A stretch of DNA of 64,000 bases, taken from the IMG/VR virus record IMGVR_UViG_2795385649_000011. One strand, 5' to 3'. A model generated the notes under the pieces. That model was not told the origin of the DNA and searched no databases. It saw nothing but the letters and a program-made list of their open reading frames with translations. Position 1 is the first letter of the stretch; every line of letters starts with the position of its first letter. Of this stretch, positions 1-9,359 are shown piece by piece. The position numbers and the translations under genes are program-made. This DNA is from a virus (lineage: Duplodnaviria; Heunggongvirae; Uroviricota; Caudoviricetes).

Positions 1-1044
1 CTAGCGCCAGGCGCGCGAGAACTTCAGGAACGCGTCGTTTTCCATCGGTGCTCCGATGGTCACCCGGACGCCATCGGTTCCAAAGGGGCGCACAATGATT
101 CGGGCCTCGGCGGAGGCTTGCGCGAATTCGGTGGAGCGCTCGCCCAGCGGCAACCACACGAAGTTCGCCTGCGACGGCGGCACCTGATAGCCGGCTTCCC
201 GCAGCGCACTGGTCACCCGGGCGCGTTCGGTGACAACGTCATTGGTGCGCGCGAGCAGCTCTTCGGCGGCGCCGAGGGAAGCCACCGCGGCAGCTTGCGC
301 CAGGCTCGACGCGCTGAACGGTACGTACACCTTGCCCAGTGTGGTGATCACATCGGGATCGCCGACCGCGTAGCCGACTCGCAGCCCCGCCAGGCCGTAT
401 GCCTTTGAGAAGGTGCGTAAGACAACGACATTGGGGTGCTCACGCACCAGTGCGAGGCTGTCGGTGAAGTCCTCGCGTACGTACTCGACGTAGGCCTCGT
501 CGATCGCGATCAGGATATGCGGCGGCACCGACTCGACGAACCGCCGCAGTTCGGCGGGCCGCACCACGGTGCCGGTCGGGTTGTTGGGGTTGCAGACGAA
601 GATCAGCCGGGTGACGTCGGTTACGGCGGCCGCCATGGCGGCGAGGTCATAGGTGTGGTCGACCAGCGGTACCTGCACCGGAGTCGCCCCCGCGACCCGC
701 ACCACCAACGGATAGGTCTCAAAGGACCGCCAGCCGAACAGCACCTCGTCGCCCACCGTTGCGGTGATCTGGACCAGCTGCTGGCATAGGCTCACCGACC
801 CGCACCCCACCGCGATGTGCTCGGGCGGCATGTCGACGTGCTTGGCCAGGTGCGAGCGCAGCTCGGCGTAGCCATTATCGGGGTACCGATTGATCAGCGA
901 CCCCGCCTCGGCGAGGGCGGCCCGCACGCTCGGCAGCGGCTCCTGCACGGTCTCATTACTGGCGAGCTTGATGGCGCCGGGGACGTTTCGGCCCGGTGTG
1001 TAGGCCGGTAGTTCGGTCAGTTCGGGGCGAAGTCGTGCGGGCAC
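1..1044 (-). CDS. Class I/II pyridoxal-phosphate aminotransferase (histidinol-phosphate / aromatic aminotransferase family), host gene
   Basis: 347 aa ORF with an aminotransferase fold signature (LASNE, NPNNPTG, SKAYGLAGLRVGY, the lysine is the PLP site). Full length from M at 1044 to the stop at 1-3. Confidence 0.8.
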   Translation of the reverse strand: MPARLRPELTELPAYTPGRNVPGAIKLASNETVQEPLPSVRAALAEAGSLINRYPDNGYAELRSHLAKHVDMPPEHIAVGCGSVSLCQQLVQITATVGDEVLFGWRSFETYPLVVRVAGATPVQVPLVDHTYDLAAMAAAVTDVTRLIFVCNPNNPTGTVVRPAELRRFVESVPPHILIAIDEAYVEYVREDFTDSLALVREHPNVVVLRTFSKAYGLAGLRVGYAVGDPDVITTLGKVYVPFSASSLAQAAAVASLGAAEELLARTNDVVTERARVTSALREAGYQVPPSQANFVWLPLGERSTEFAQASAEARIIVRPFGTDGVRVTIGAPMENDAFLKFSRAWR

Positions 1045-1180
1045 GTGACCAGACTATCGGGGCACGTGGGGCCCGATGACGACCAACGGCTTTGCCTTTG
1101 GGGCGCGCGGCCCTGTACTCTGTGCCCTCGGCGGTTCGGGATCCATTTTTATGGGTCCGGAGTCCCGCTCAGGAAGTTCA

Positions 1181-1269
1181 GGAGGCGTGCCAGAGCGGCC
1201 GAATGGGACTCACTGCTAATGAGTTGTCCCCTTTACGGGGGACCGGAGGTTCAAATCCTCTCGCCTCCG
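1181..1269 (+). tRNA. tRNA-Ser (anticodon GCT), type II with long variable arm
   Basis: Acceptor GGAGGCG/CGCCTCC, D-arm AGCGGCCGAA, anticodon stem ACTCA/TGAGT with loop CTGCTAA, long variable arm, T-arm GGAGGTTCAAATCCTCT. Folded by hand. Confidence 0.85.
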
Positions 1270-1317
1270 CGTCGGTCTGCAGGCCAAACCTGTTGACCTG
1301 CAACAATTGAATAGTAA

Positions 1318-1390
1318 GCGCCCGTAGCTCAACGGATAGAGCATCTGACTACGGATCAGAAGGTTAGGGGTTCGAATCCCTTCGGGCGCA
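1318..1390 (+). tRNA. tRNA-Arg (anticodon ACG)
   Basis: Acceptor GCGCCCG/CGGGCGC, D-arm GCTCAACGGATAGAGC, anticodon stem TCTGA/TCAGA with loop CTACGGA, T-arm AGGGGTTCGAATCCCTT, discriminator A. Confidence 0.85.
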
Positions 1391-1664
1391 CATCCGGTCC
1401 ATCGGGGCCACTGCCGTCAGGCCGACCAGTCAACAGCCGCATTGGGGACACCCCCAGTGCGGCTGCATACTTTTCAACCTCAGCCAGGTCGATGGGGTAC
1501 TCGCCTGAGAGCCGCCGCGACATGCTCGCGGTGTTCGTCTCCAGCATCTTGGCGAACTTGGCCTGAGAGATGCGCTTCTCCCCGAGCAGCCCCCGGATTC
1601 GGCGGGCCACCGTCTGGGACAGGGTCTCGTTCGGAACCGAATACAACGTACTCATAGCGCTCAT
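1356..1664 (-). CDS. XRE-family helix-turn-helix transcriptional repressor (phage cI-like); the C-terminal 35 nt overlap the tRNA-Arg 3' end
   Basis: 102 aa; HTH segment ISQAKFAKMLETNTASMSRRLSG; divergent from a Cro-like gene. The C-terminal codons run into the tRNA, as expected across an att core. Confidence 0.6.
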   Translation of the reverse strand: MSAMSTLYSVPNETLSQTVARRIRGLLGEKRISQAKFAKMLETNTASMSRRLSGEYPIDLAEVEKYAAALGVSPMRLLTGRPDGSGPDGPDVRPKGFEPLTF

Positions 1665-1718
1665 GATAACCGTCTAGCGGTCGTGGTGAAAGTTAAAGCT
1701 AACTAAACGACCGGAAAA

Positions 1719-1808
1719 GTAACTCACACCTCACTTAAACCGGCGCGCCGTATCTCCAAACGGTAGCGCCGTTACTTGCTGTGAGTTATCGTTACGCTGT
1801 GAGTAACG
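1719..1808. promoter_or_regulatory. Divergent repressor/cro control region with three copies of a TGTGAGTTAC-like operator half-site
   Basis: GTAACTCACACC (1719-1730, inverted), CTGTGAGTTATC (1779-1790), CTGTGAGTAACG (1797-1808). Locally AT-rich, lying between the divergent genes. Confidence 0.5.
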
Positions 1809-1825
1809 TTCTGACGTTGGACGAA

Positions 1826-2035
1826 ATGGTTGGTGCGACCATCCGAGCCGAGCTCGCCCGCCGCCGCTTCACCGCCACTGACGCCGCCGTTCCCCTCCGG
1901 CGCACCCGGCAGTACGTAAGTCGCCGACTCACAGGGGAATTGAGCTTCACCCTCGCCGACCTCGACGGCATCGCCCGGTTTCTGGGCATCTCCCTCACCT
2001 CTCTTCTGCCCGACTCCGCCTCCAAGGCCGCATGA
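1826..2035 (+). CDS. Cro-like small HTH DNA-binding protein
   Basis: ATG at 1826 downstream of the operators; HTH AAVPLRRTRQYVSRRLTG. The ORF track extends to a GTG at 1781, which would lie inside the operators. Confidence 0.5.
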   Translation: MVGATIRAELARRRFTATDAAVPLRRTRQYVSRRLTGELSFTLADLDGIARFLGISLTSLLPDSASKAA

Positions 2036-2913
2036 TGTCCGCCGTCTCCGTGACCGCGATGTCGCCGACTGATGCGCGGGCACTCACCGAGAGCATCCGC
2101 AGCTCCGTCGATCGCGTCTGGGACCTCATAGCTAAGGCATACACCCAGCGGGCATGGGCTGTCCTCGGATACCCGTCCTGGGACGTGTACTGCGAGCGCG
2201 AGTTCGCCTCCACCTGGTTCAAGCTGCCCCGCGAGACCCGCGCCGAGGTAGTGCTGTCCCTCCGCGACTCCGGGCTCTCCACCCGCGCTATCGCGGCGGC
2301 AACCGGGGTCAGCCAGAGCACCGTGCAACGCGAACTCCCTGCACCCCCTACTGAGTCAAATGACTCAGTAGGACCCGTCACCGGCACCAACGGCAAGACC
2401 TACCAGCCGACCCAGCCGGTACGGCCCACGCTGACGGTTGTCCCAGACCTCCCGAATGAGCCCCCGGCGGCTGCCAATGCTGCGCCTCCCCCCGCGCAGG
2501 CGGCCACGGGCGCTCCCACGGTCTCGGAGGTGAGCGCTCCCCCCGCTGCCGCCACCTCCGAGACCGTGGAGAGCTTCGCCAAGTGCGTGTGCGGATCCAC
2601 CATGGCCCTCTACTCCGGGGCGGCAGACGAAGACCGCTTGGCCCTCCAGGACTGGCGCGACGAGCACCAGTCCTGCGTGCTCCCCACACCCGCCGCCCCC
2701 GTCCCGGTTCCCGTGCCCATCCCCCGCCGGAAGCCGATCACAGACTCCTTCGCCGAAGCCACCACGGCCATGACGAAGGCGGTGAAGCGGGTAGAGGCAC
2801 TGGCAGCCGACGACCGCTTCGACAAGAACGCGGACCAAATCGCCATCTACGCAAGCGATCTGATCCGCGCGCGAGACGCGCTGCAACGCGTCATCGAGAA
2901 GTTGCCCTCGTAA
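2032..2913 (+). CDS. Hypothetical protein with HTH segment and a Pro/Ala-rich linker
   Basis: 293 aa; TRAIAAATGVSQSTVQREL; low-complexity PAAP-type central region. Confidence 0.45.
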   Translation: MMSAVSVTAMSPTDARALTESIRSSVDRVWDLIAKAYTQRAWAVLGYPSWDVYCEREFASTWFKLPRETRAEVVLSLRDSGLSTRAIAAATGVSQSTVQRELPAPPTESNDSVGPVTGTNGKTYQPTQPVRPTLTVVPDLPNEPPAAANAAPPPAQAATGAPTVSEVSAPPAAATSETVESFAKCVCGSTMALYSGAADEDRLALQDWRDEHQSCVLPTPAAPVPVPVPIPRRKPITDSFAEATTAMTKAVKRVEALAADDRFDKNADQIAIYASDLIRARDALQRVIEKLPS

Positions 2914-2934
2914 ACCAGCAGAAGGAGCACCTCA

Positions 2935-3795
2935 GTGTCGAATGCTATCCCACTTCGGAGGAACCAAATGGTCACGTCCGATGTCGAGAGGATCGACGGC
3001 AAGCTCGCCGACGAGTACCTCAAGTTCAACGTCCGTAACCGGCCCCTCAGCGAGAAGAAGATTCTCCAGCTAGCCGCCGACATGGAGGCGGGCCGCTGGC
3101 AGTTCAACGGCGAGGCGATCAAGTTCAGCCTGGACGGCTCACTTCTCGACGGGCAGCACCGCCTCCACGCGATCTCCCTGTGCGGCGTGCCCGTGGAAAT
3201 GCTTGTGGTTCGGGGCCTGCCGGCGGAATCGCAGAGCACCATGGACCAGGGCCTCCGGCGGAGCGCATCCGATCAGCTGAACCTCGCCGGTATCAACTCC
3301 ACGAACTCGGATGCTTCCGCTGTCAAGACGTTCATGGTGTGGCAGCGCGGCTGGCTGTACACCGATAAGGCCTCCGGCGCTATCACGACCACGGATGTTG
3401 TGCAGTGGGCCACCGAGCATCCCGAGTTGTTCGAGCTCATCCGCAGGGGTGGCGCCTTCAATCGCGTGAAGGCCCGGCCCGGCCTGGTGCGTGCGGTGTT
3501 CGCAGGCATCGCGTACTGGCATGGGGTTGAGACAACCAGCGTGTTCTTCCAGCGAGTACTCGACGGTGCTGGGCTAGAGGCAGGCTCGCCAATCCTCGCC
3601 CTGCGTAACCGTTTAGACCGCGTGCGCGGCGAGGGCTTCAAGATTTCTGACCGCGAAGCCATCGGCTATTTCATTGTCGCGTTCAACCGCTGGATGACCG
3701 GCAGCCACATCGCGAAGCTCCAGCAGCCCAAGGGTGGGTGGAACGGAACGAACTTCCCCAAGGTTATCGGCACCACACAGCAGGTGCTCGCGTGA
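2935..3795 (+). CDS. ParB-like nuclease domain protein (ParB/Srx fold)
   Basis: LLDGQHRLHA ParB N-terminal signature; AAGGAG 12 nt upstream of the GTG start. Confidence 0.65.
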   Translation: MSNAIPLRRNQMVTSDVERIDGKLADEYLKFNVRNRPLSEKKILQLAADMEAGRWQFNGEAIKFSLDGSLLDGQHRLHAISLCGVPVEMLVVRGLPAESQSTMDQGLRRSASDQLNLAGINSTNSDASAVKTFMVWQRGWLYTDKASGAITTTDVVQWATEHPELFELIRRGGAFNRVKARPGLVRAVFAGIAYWHGVETTSVFFQRVLDGAGLEAGSPILALRNRLDRVRGEGFKISDREAIGYFIVAFNRWMTGSHIAKLQQPKGGWNGTNFPKVIGTTQQVLA

Positions 3796-3919
3796 TGTTC
3801 CGCGAGACCGTGGTGCCCTGGCTCCGGGAGACCCTGGTGCCTGTCCTCTGGGCCCTCGCCTTCGGCGTGTTCTTCGGCTCCGTCCTGATGACGAACGTCC
3901 TCGCCAGCAGGTGATCACC

Positions 3920-4276
3920 ATGGCGCGCATCCTTCAACGCCCTGAGCTGCCAGCGCATCTCACGGATCTCACGGGGGACTACCCCGTATCCGAGGCCGCA
4001 CGCCTGCTGTCCGTAGACCCTGCCATCAACATCGGGCGCGACCAGTTGTTCGAGGCAATGGCTAACGAGGACTGGATCACGCGGGGCCGCGATCAACGCT
4101 GGCACGCATACCCGGAGAGCGTGACCCTCGGGTACATCGCTCTGCGGCCCGGCGGCGAGTACGAAACACCTACCGGTGTGACCAAGGAGCGCCCACAGAT
4201 CATCCACGTCACCGCCGCCGGTATCGGCGAAATGCACTACCGGCTGGGCGGTTCCCAGCAGCTCACCCTCACGTAA
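3920..4276 (+). CDS. Hypothetical protein
   Basis: ORF from ATG 3920, in frame with track ORF 3734..4276; the upstream extension is Arg-rich and looks like a wrong-frame artefact. Confidence 0.4.
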   Translation: MARILQRPELPAHLTDLTGDYPVSEAARLLSVDPAINIGRDQLFEAMANEDWITRGRDQRWHAYPESVTLGYIALRPGGEYETPTGVTKERPQIIHVTAAGIGEMHYRLGGSQQLTLT

Positions 4277-4437
4277 AACCAACCAGCACAGGGAGACAAC
4301 ATGAAGCACCGATGGTTGCGGCGTGTCTTGTTCGGTATCCAACCGGCACCCGAACCGGCGCCGCCAAGCCTGAATCCGATCTGGGACGAACTGTCCGCAA
4401 GGCACGGCACACCAGCCGAGATCTGGAGCGCTGCCGC

Positions 4438-4737
4438 ATGATACGCATAGTCTTGGCGACTTTCGTCGCGTTCGCGGTGGTGGTCTCCTGCGCCGCCCCG
4501 GCGGCTGCCGACCCGGTGAACGATGCCGCGAATGATGTCGGTGGCGCGCTGTGCATCGCGATCAGCGGCGATCCAACTTTCAACGGCATCAACCGCATCG
4601 GGAATGCACTCCACGAGCGAGGGTTCAGCTACCCCGACGCGGGCCGCATTGTCCGGCTGTCCGTGGAGGCTTACTGCCCTTGGCAGCAGCCGCTTCTCGA
4701 CCTCTACGTGAAGTCGGCCCGCTGGAGGACCATATGA
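4438..4737 (+). CDS. Small secreted/membrane protein with signal peptide
   Basis: MIRIVLATFVAFAVVVSCAAPAAA hydrophobic N-terminus with an AXA cleavage motif. Confidence 0.45.
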   Translation: MIRIVLATFVAFAVVVSCAAPAAADPVNDAANDVGGALCIAISGDPTFNGINRIGNALHERGFSYPDAGRIVRLSVEAYCPWQQPLLDLYVKSARWRTI

Positions 4738-5306
4738 GCGAGCTATGGGTTGTTGACGTTGAGACAACCGGATTGGACCGCAACCGGCACCTGCCGGTGG
4801 AGGTCGCGGCGATCCACTTGAAGACGGGCCGCGAAATCCATTTCGTCCCATTCATTTCGGCGGAGGCATTGGGCTACGCGGACCCAGAGTCGATGCGTAT
4901 CAACCGGTACTACGAGCGTGCCCTCTACCGCGATCAGCTCACCGATACCGCGACGCTGAACTGCTACCAGGACTTGTTCGAACTGCTGGACGGGAAGACC
5001 CTCGGCGGTGCTAACCCGCGATTTGACGCGGACATGCTGATAGCCGGTTACGAGCACGTCTGGCGTGCGCAGACCCGGACGAAAGAGCCTTGGCGGTATC
5101 GGCTCTCGGACCTATCTGCCTACACCGCAGGTCTTTTCCAGATCGACCCCGCCGACCCACCCGGCCTTGCGAGGTGCTGCGAGCTGCTGGGTGTCACCAA
5201 CACCGCCGAACACACGGCGCTCGGCGACACGCGGGCCACCCGAGATTGCTTCCGCCGCGCGTACGAGCGCGACAAGAAGGGAATAGGAGCCGATCCCCAT
5301 GCCTGA
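4734..5306 (+). CDS. DnaQ-like 3'-5' exonuclease (DEDDh family)
   Basis: Exo I VDVETTGLD, Exo III HTALGDTRAT; ATG overlaps the upstream stop (ATGA). Confidence 0.7.
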   Translation: MSELWVVDVETTGLDRNRHLPVEVAAIHLKTGREIHFVPFISAEALGYADPESMRINRYYERALYRDQLTDTATLNCYQDLFELLDGKTLGGANPRFDADMLIAGYEHVWRAQTRTKEPWRYRLSDLSAYTAGLFQIDPADPPGLARCCELLGVTNTAEHTALGDTRATRDCFRRAYERDKKGIGADPHA

Positions 5307-5640
5307 TATGTACAAGCTGCTCCGCGACCAGAACGCGCGCACCGAAGCAGCCAAGAAGCCAGAGACCGGCATATACCAGCTGGAGCCCACACCAAAGCCA
5401 CTGGAGCCAGGCAAGTTTGAGAAGTCAGTACTCCTCGCACTCCAAGGCTCCAACGTGTACGCGGGGTCCGTTCCCGTAGAGGAGGTAGAGCGACGGCGGA
5501 AGAAGAACCGCCACGCCCGCCGCGCCCGGCGCGGAAACACTGCGGCCATCGCCCGCCAGTCGCGCCTCAACTACGCACAGAAGCGTCGCCGCCGGTTCGC
5601 ACGAGGCAACGCGTACAACCCTCTGGCGGTCGAATCATGA
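5299..5640 (+). CDS. Hypothetical basic protein
   Basis: 113 aa ORF with Arg/Lys-rich C-terminus. Confidence 0.4.
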   Translation: MPDMYKLLRDQNARTEAAKKPETGIYQLEPTPKPLEPGKFEKSVLLALQGSNVYAGSVPVEEVERRRKKNRHARRARRGNTAAIARQSRLNYAQKRRRRFARGNAYNPLAVES

Positions 5641-5783
5641 GGCAGGGCTGGGCTTCACTGGCAGCCTCTTTCGTGTTCGCGGGCGTCGGCGCAGTGACAG
5701 CGCAGGGCGGATGGCTGGTACCCGCCATCGTCGCGGCGATGCTCTCGCACTACTTCTTCTCGGGGCGGAAGGGTAATCCGTGA
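5637..5783 (+). CDS. Small hydrophobic protein (48 aa)
   Basis: Short ORF filling the gap with ATGA overlap; predicted TM helix ASFVFAGVGAVTAQGGWLVPAIVAA. Confidence 0.3.
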   Translation: MRQGWASLAASFVFAGVGAVTAQGGWLVPAIVAAMLSHYFFSGRKGNP

Positions 5784-6571
5784 GGGCGCAGTGCCGACTC
5801 TGCAAAAGGCCGGTTGTAGGTCATGGCCTCTGTGACACCCACCGGAAACGGCATGTCTACCGCCTGCGGGCTTACGGACGTTTCGACAACGGAAGGCACT
5901 CCGTAGACGAAGCCCGCGAACGGCTTGCACAACTTCAAGCCGCCGGTATCGGGACGCGGCAGATACGGAGCCTCACCGGGCTATCGCGCAGCACCATCAT
6001 GCGATTAGCTGCTGCCGAACGCCGCTGGATCGACCGCCGCACCCACGAACTAATCATGGGCCTCGCTGTACCCGCGTCCGCTGTCGATCTCGCAAGCGCA
6101 TCAGCACTCGTGGATTCGACGGGTTCAGTGCGTCGCCTCCGCGCCCTCGCCCGGATCGGGTACGGCGGCCCGCAGATCACGGCCAGTCTGGGGCTCTCAG
6201 ACCCAACCGCCCTCAGCGGCTTGTACTCCGGAAGAGCCAAGAACGTCACGGCGCAACGTGCGCAAGCGATAGCCGACCTGTTCAACAAGCTGCAAATGAC
6301 CGAAGGCCCGAGCCGTGTCGCCCGCCAGCGAGCAACCCAAAAGGGTTGGCCGCTACCTCTCCAGTGGGACGAAGACACCATCGATGACCCCGCCGTGCAG
6401 CCGATCTACGGCAGCAATTTCAGCACCGCCACAGAGCGGCTGGAAGAACTCCAAGACATGGGCGTCACCGATACCTATCAGCTCGCGCAGAGGCTCGACG
6501 TGAAGCCGGAATCCGTTGAACGGCAGCTGCAACGGATCAAGGCCGCGACGAGGAAGGAAGGCGCAGCGTGA
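5780..6571 (+). CDS. Hypothetical HTH-containing protein with N-terminal Cys/His cluster
   Basis: 263 aa; CRLCKRPVVGHGLCDTH zinc-finger-like; IRSLTGLSRSTIMRL HTH. Confidence 0.45.
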   Translation: MRAQCRLCKRPVVGHGLCDTHRKRHVYRLRAYGRFDNGRHSVDEARERLAQLQAAGIGTRQIRSLTGLSRSTIMRLAAAERRWIDRRTHELIMGLAVPASAVDLASASALVDSTGSVRRLRALARIGYGGPQITASLGLSDPTALSGLYSGRAKNVTAQRAQAIADLFNKLQMTEGPSRVARQRATQKGWPLPLQWDEDTIDDPAVQPIYGSNFSTATERLEELQDMGVTDTYQLAQRLDVKPESVERQLQRIKAATRKEGAA

Positions 6572-6783
6572 CCAAAGCCAAGCCGGTGCCTGGCACCGTC
6601 GAAGCGTTCCCCCGGAAGGACAACGAAGGGTTCGCGTGGAAGTGGACCAGCCCCAAGGGGAATGAACACTTCAACTACGGCCCATACACCACAAAGGCTG
6701 TCGCCGCCGCAGCTGGCAGGAAATTCGCGCGGAACTTCACAGCCAAACCCGCCCACACCGAACCCGAACCGGACGACGTATGA
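6568..6783 (+). CDS. Hypothetical protein
   Basis: 71 aa ORF with 4-nt overlap coupling. Confidence 0.4.
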   Translation: MTKAKPVPGTVEAFPRKDNEGFAWKWTSPKGNEHFNYGPYTTKAVAAAAGRKFARNFTAKPAHTEPEPDDV

Positions 6784-6983
6784 GCGAGCAACCAGAGCGC
6801 CCGCAAGGCGTCTACATCACTAAAGCCAATGGCCGGAAGATCATTTGCGAACTCGCCTATGTCGGGAAAGACGCGGACGGCCTCGATCAATGGGAGTGCG
6901 CCACGCCTCTCGATAGCAACGACGTTCTACACGTAGATGTCTTGCCGGCCAAATCGTCCATCGTCCTCAGGCCGGTTCAGTGA
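6780..6983 (+). CDS. Hypothetical protein
   Basis: 67 aa ORF with overlap coupling. Confidence 0.4.
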   Translation: MSEQPERPQGVYITKANGRKIICELAYVGKDADGLDQWECATPLDSNDVLHVDVLPAKSSIVLRPVQ

Positions 6984-7348
6984 CAGCGCCGTCGATCTGG
7001 GACGAAGAGTTCATCACCAACTGGGATGAACCCCTCACCCGCGCCCACGTCGCCGGGCGCTCGATGGGCTGGTGCGAGTGGTGCGGCAAGGAAAAGGCCA
7101 CTGAGAAACACCACCGCATCAACCGCTCACAGGGCGGCAAATGGCATCCCGCCAACATCATTGACCTCTGCTCCGCCGACCACCGGGAAGTCACCGTTAG
7201 CCCCGAATGGGCGCAATCCGTTGGCCTCTCCATCCCCGGACACCCCCACATACCTCCAGCGGCGGTGCCGGTGCGCAACCGCCCCAACCGCCAGCCGGAC
7301 CTCTGGCTTCACGACAACTACCTACCAGCAGGGAAGAACGCGCGATGA
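6980..7348 (+). CDS. HNH endonuclease
   Basis: CEWCG...KHHRINRSQGG...NIIDLCSADH HNH motif. Confidence 0.65.
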   Translation: MTAPSIWDEEFITNWDEPLTRAHVAGRSMGWCEWCGKEKATEKHHRINRSQGGKWHPANIIDLCSADHREVTVSPEWAQSVGLSIPGHPHIPPAAVPVRNRPNRQPDLWLHDNYLPAGKNAR

Positions 7349-8238
7349 CCGATATCAAGCCGGGTATCTACCGGCCCGGCGAACCGGGATTCATCGCCCC
7401 TGGCTCGCCGGAGCACTCAATGCTCATCAGCCCTTCCAAGGTCGCCGCGATCATGGGCCTCTCCCGGTGGGACTCGCCATACTGCCTGTGGCACAGGATG
7501 AAGGGCCTCGCCGCGCCGGAACCAGAGAAGGACATATTCCGTGTAGGGCACGCGTTCGAGCTCGCCCTCGCCGAACTGTGGCGGTACGACAACCCCGGCT
7601 GGCAGCTGTCACCCGGCGAGGTCCAGTACGTCGGTGACCCGGAGAAGTTCGGTTTCCCGTACCTGGTCACGCTCGACCGACGCGGACGCCGAGGCCGCCG
7701 CCGCCGCGACGTGGAGTTCAAGATCGCGCGCTCATTGGAGGAGTGGGGCGACGACTTCACCGATGAAGCTCCACCAGACTATTTCACGCAAGTTCTTACC
7801 CAGCAGGTGTTTTCGGGGCTGACGAAAGAACCTGCGCACCTCGTCGTCATGGGTCCGCGGTTCCAACACCACACGTACGTCATCCCGTACAACATGGCCG
7901 CAGCCGCCGCGATCATCAAGGCGTGCAAGGAGTTCTGGGACTCACTCGATGAGACGGAGCCGCCACCGCTCGACAACTCGGTCGCCACCTATGAATTTGT
8001 GCGCGAGCAGCACCCCGACATCGCGCGCGGAATCACAGTCCAGATCACCCCCGAAGACGGCACTGACTATCTCACCGCAGTAGCCGAAGCGAAGGAGGCC
8101 ACCAACCGCGAACGCGGAGCCAAGACAAAGATTCTCGACCTCATGGGCGATGCCCAGTACGCGACAGCGGGCGGTGTCCGTGTCGCCCGCAGACAACCAG
8201 GCAGGGGCGGATCGGTGTCCCTGTACGCGGTCCAGTGA
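7345..8238 (+). CDS. RecE-like / YqaJ-family 5'-3' exonuclease (PD-(D/E)XK, phage recombination)
   Basis: ATG 7345 overlapping the upstream stop; YqaJ-like N-terminus (SPSKVAAIMGLSRWDSPYCLW); directly followed by RecT. Confidence 0.6.
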   Translation: MTDIKPGIYRPGEPGFIAPGSPEHSMLISPSKVAAIMGLSRWDSPYCLWHRMKGLAAPEPEKDIFRVGHAFELALAELWRYDNPGWQLSPGEVQYVGDPEKFGFPYLVTLDRRGRRGRRRRDVEFKIARSLEEWGDDFTDEAPPDYFTQVLTQQVFSGLTKEPAHLVVMGPRFQHHTYVIPYNMAAAAAIIKACKEFWDSLDETEPPPLDNSVATYEFVREQHPDIARGITVQITPEDGTDYLTAVAEAKEATNRERGAKTKILDLMGDAQYATAGGVRVARRQPGRGGSVSLYAVQ

Positions 8239-8260
8239 AACAACCAGAAGGAGAGCCAGC

Positions 8261-9355
8261 ATGTCCGAAACCGCCGACATCGTCCAAGTGGAAGCACCGC
8301 CAGTGCCGGAGGTGTTCATGGATGAGCCGACCACACCTGCAATCAAGCGTATGGAGGCCGAAGCCCGAGCACTCCAGACCGCTTACAACATGGCGAAGTC
8401 GCTGTCGAAAACATCGATGGTGCCTCAGCATTTCCAGCAGTCACATATCCCAAGGAATCAACGGGAACCGCTCGGGGACAAGGCTGCACAGGACTTGGCC
8501 GCAGCCATTATGTACGGCGCCGAGCTCGGTATGTCCGCGATGCAGGCGGCGCAGAACGTGTTCACTGTCGACGGCTCGCCCGGTGTCTACAGCAAGACCA
8601 TGGTCGCGCAGGTACGGCGATGGATCGACAACAACGGAACTGGCGGTCCAGACGGCGATGGTGTCTGGGAGGTCGCGGCATCACCGGAGCGCGTCGTGTG
8701 GGCCGGGCGTCGAGATGGTAGGCCCGCCGCATCCGAGTGGACCATCGACCGCGCCACCACCGCAGGTTTCACCAGCAACGACCTCTACAAGAAGCAGCCC
8801 ACTGAGATGCTGCGTGCGAAGGCGCAAGCGGAGGTCTGCCGCATCCTCTTCCAGGACGTGCTCCTCGGTATGAGCCATTCCGTTGAAGAGCTACAACTCT
8901 CGGAGACGGTTTCCGTGCAGCGGGTCACCCGGCCACCTGCGCAACAGAAGGGCCTCGCCGGTCTGCAAGCCGCCATCGAGGAACGCCGGCAGGCAGAGAC
9001 GGCGGAACAGGGGCCAGACCCCACCCAACCGGACACCAACGTTGAGCCCGCCCCTGCCCCCGAGCCGGAGCCAGCCCCAACAGCAACCGACGCGCAAGAG
9101 GCCACCGCGCCGGACGGCGGTGACGACAACACCCCGCCGCCCGGCAGCGGCAAAGCCGACAGCGCCACCATCCAGAAAGTCCGTGACCTGCTCACGGCGG
9201 AGAAGTACCAGCTCCGCACCAAGCAGGGCATGAAGGAAGCACTGGAGTTCGTGTCCCAGTGCGTATCCCAAGAAGTCACGGACATCGACTCGCTGTCCGA
9301 CGACCTGGCCGCCGAAATCATCGCCGTCCTAACCAATACCGAGAAGGAGAAGTAA
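8261..9355 (+). CDS. recT: RecT-family single-strand annealing recombinase
   Basis: RecT core (MYGAELGMSAMQAAQNVFTVDGSPGVYSKTMVAQ), acidic/Pro-rich C-terminal tail, paired with the upstream exonuclease. Confidence 0.65.
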   Translation: MSETADIVQVEAPPVPEVFMDEPTTPAIKRMEAEARALQTAYNMAKSLSKTSMVPQHFQQSHIPRNQREPLGDKAAQDLAAAIMYGAELGMSAMQAAQNVFTVDGSPGVYSKTMVAQVRRWIDNNGTGGPDGDGVWEVAASPERVVWAGRRDGRPAASEWTIDRATTAGFTSNDLYKKQPTEMLRAKAQAEVCRILFQDVLLGMSHSVEELQLSETVSVQRVTRPPAQQKGLAGLQAAIEERRQAETAEQGPDPTQPDTNVEPAPAPEPEPAPTATDAQEATAPDGGDDNTPPPGSGKADSATIQKVRDLLTAEKYQLRTKQGMKEALEFVSQCVSQEVTDIDSLSDDLAAEIIAVLTNTEKEK

Positions 9356-9359
9356 GCAC

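Noticed and set aside
1772-2396. Several overlapping minus-strand ORFs (1772..2083, 1792..2328, 1995..2396)
   Set aside because: Antisense to the Cro-like and HTH genes and Arg/Gly-rich, so they are high-GC artefacts.
7671-7710. GC-rich (GCC)n-like tract
   Set aside because: It encodes an in-frame RRGRRGRRRRD arginine run inside the RecE-like gene, so it is ordinary coding low complexity.
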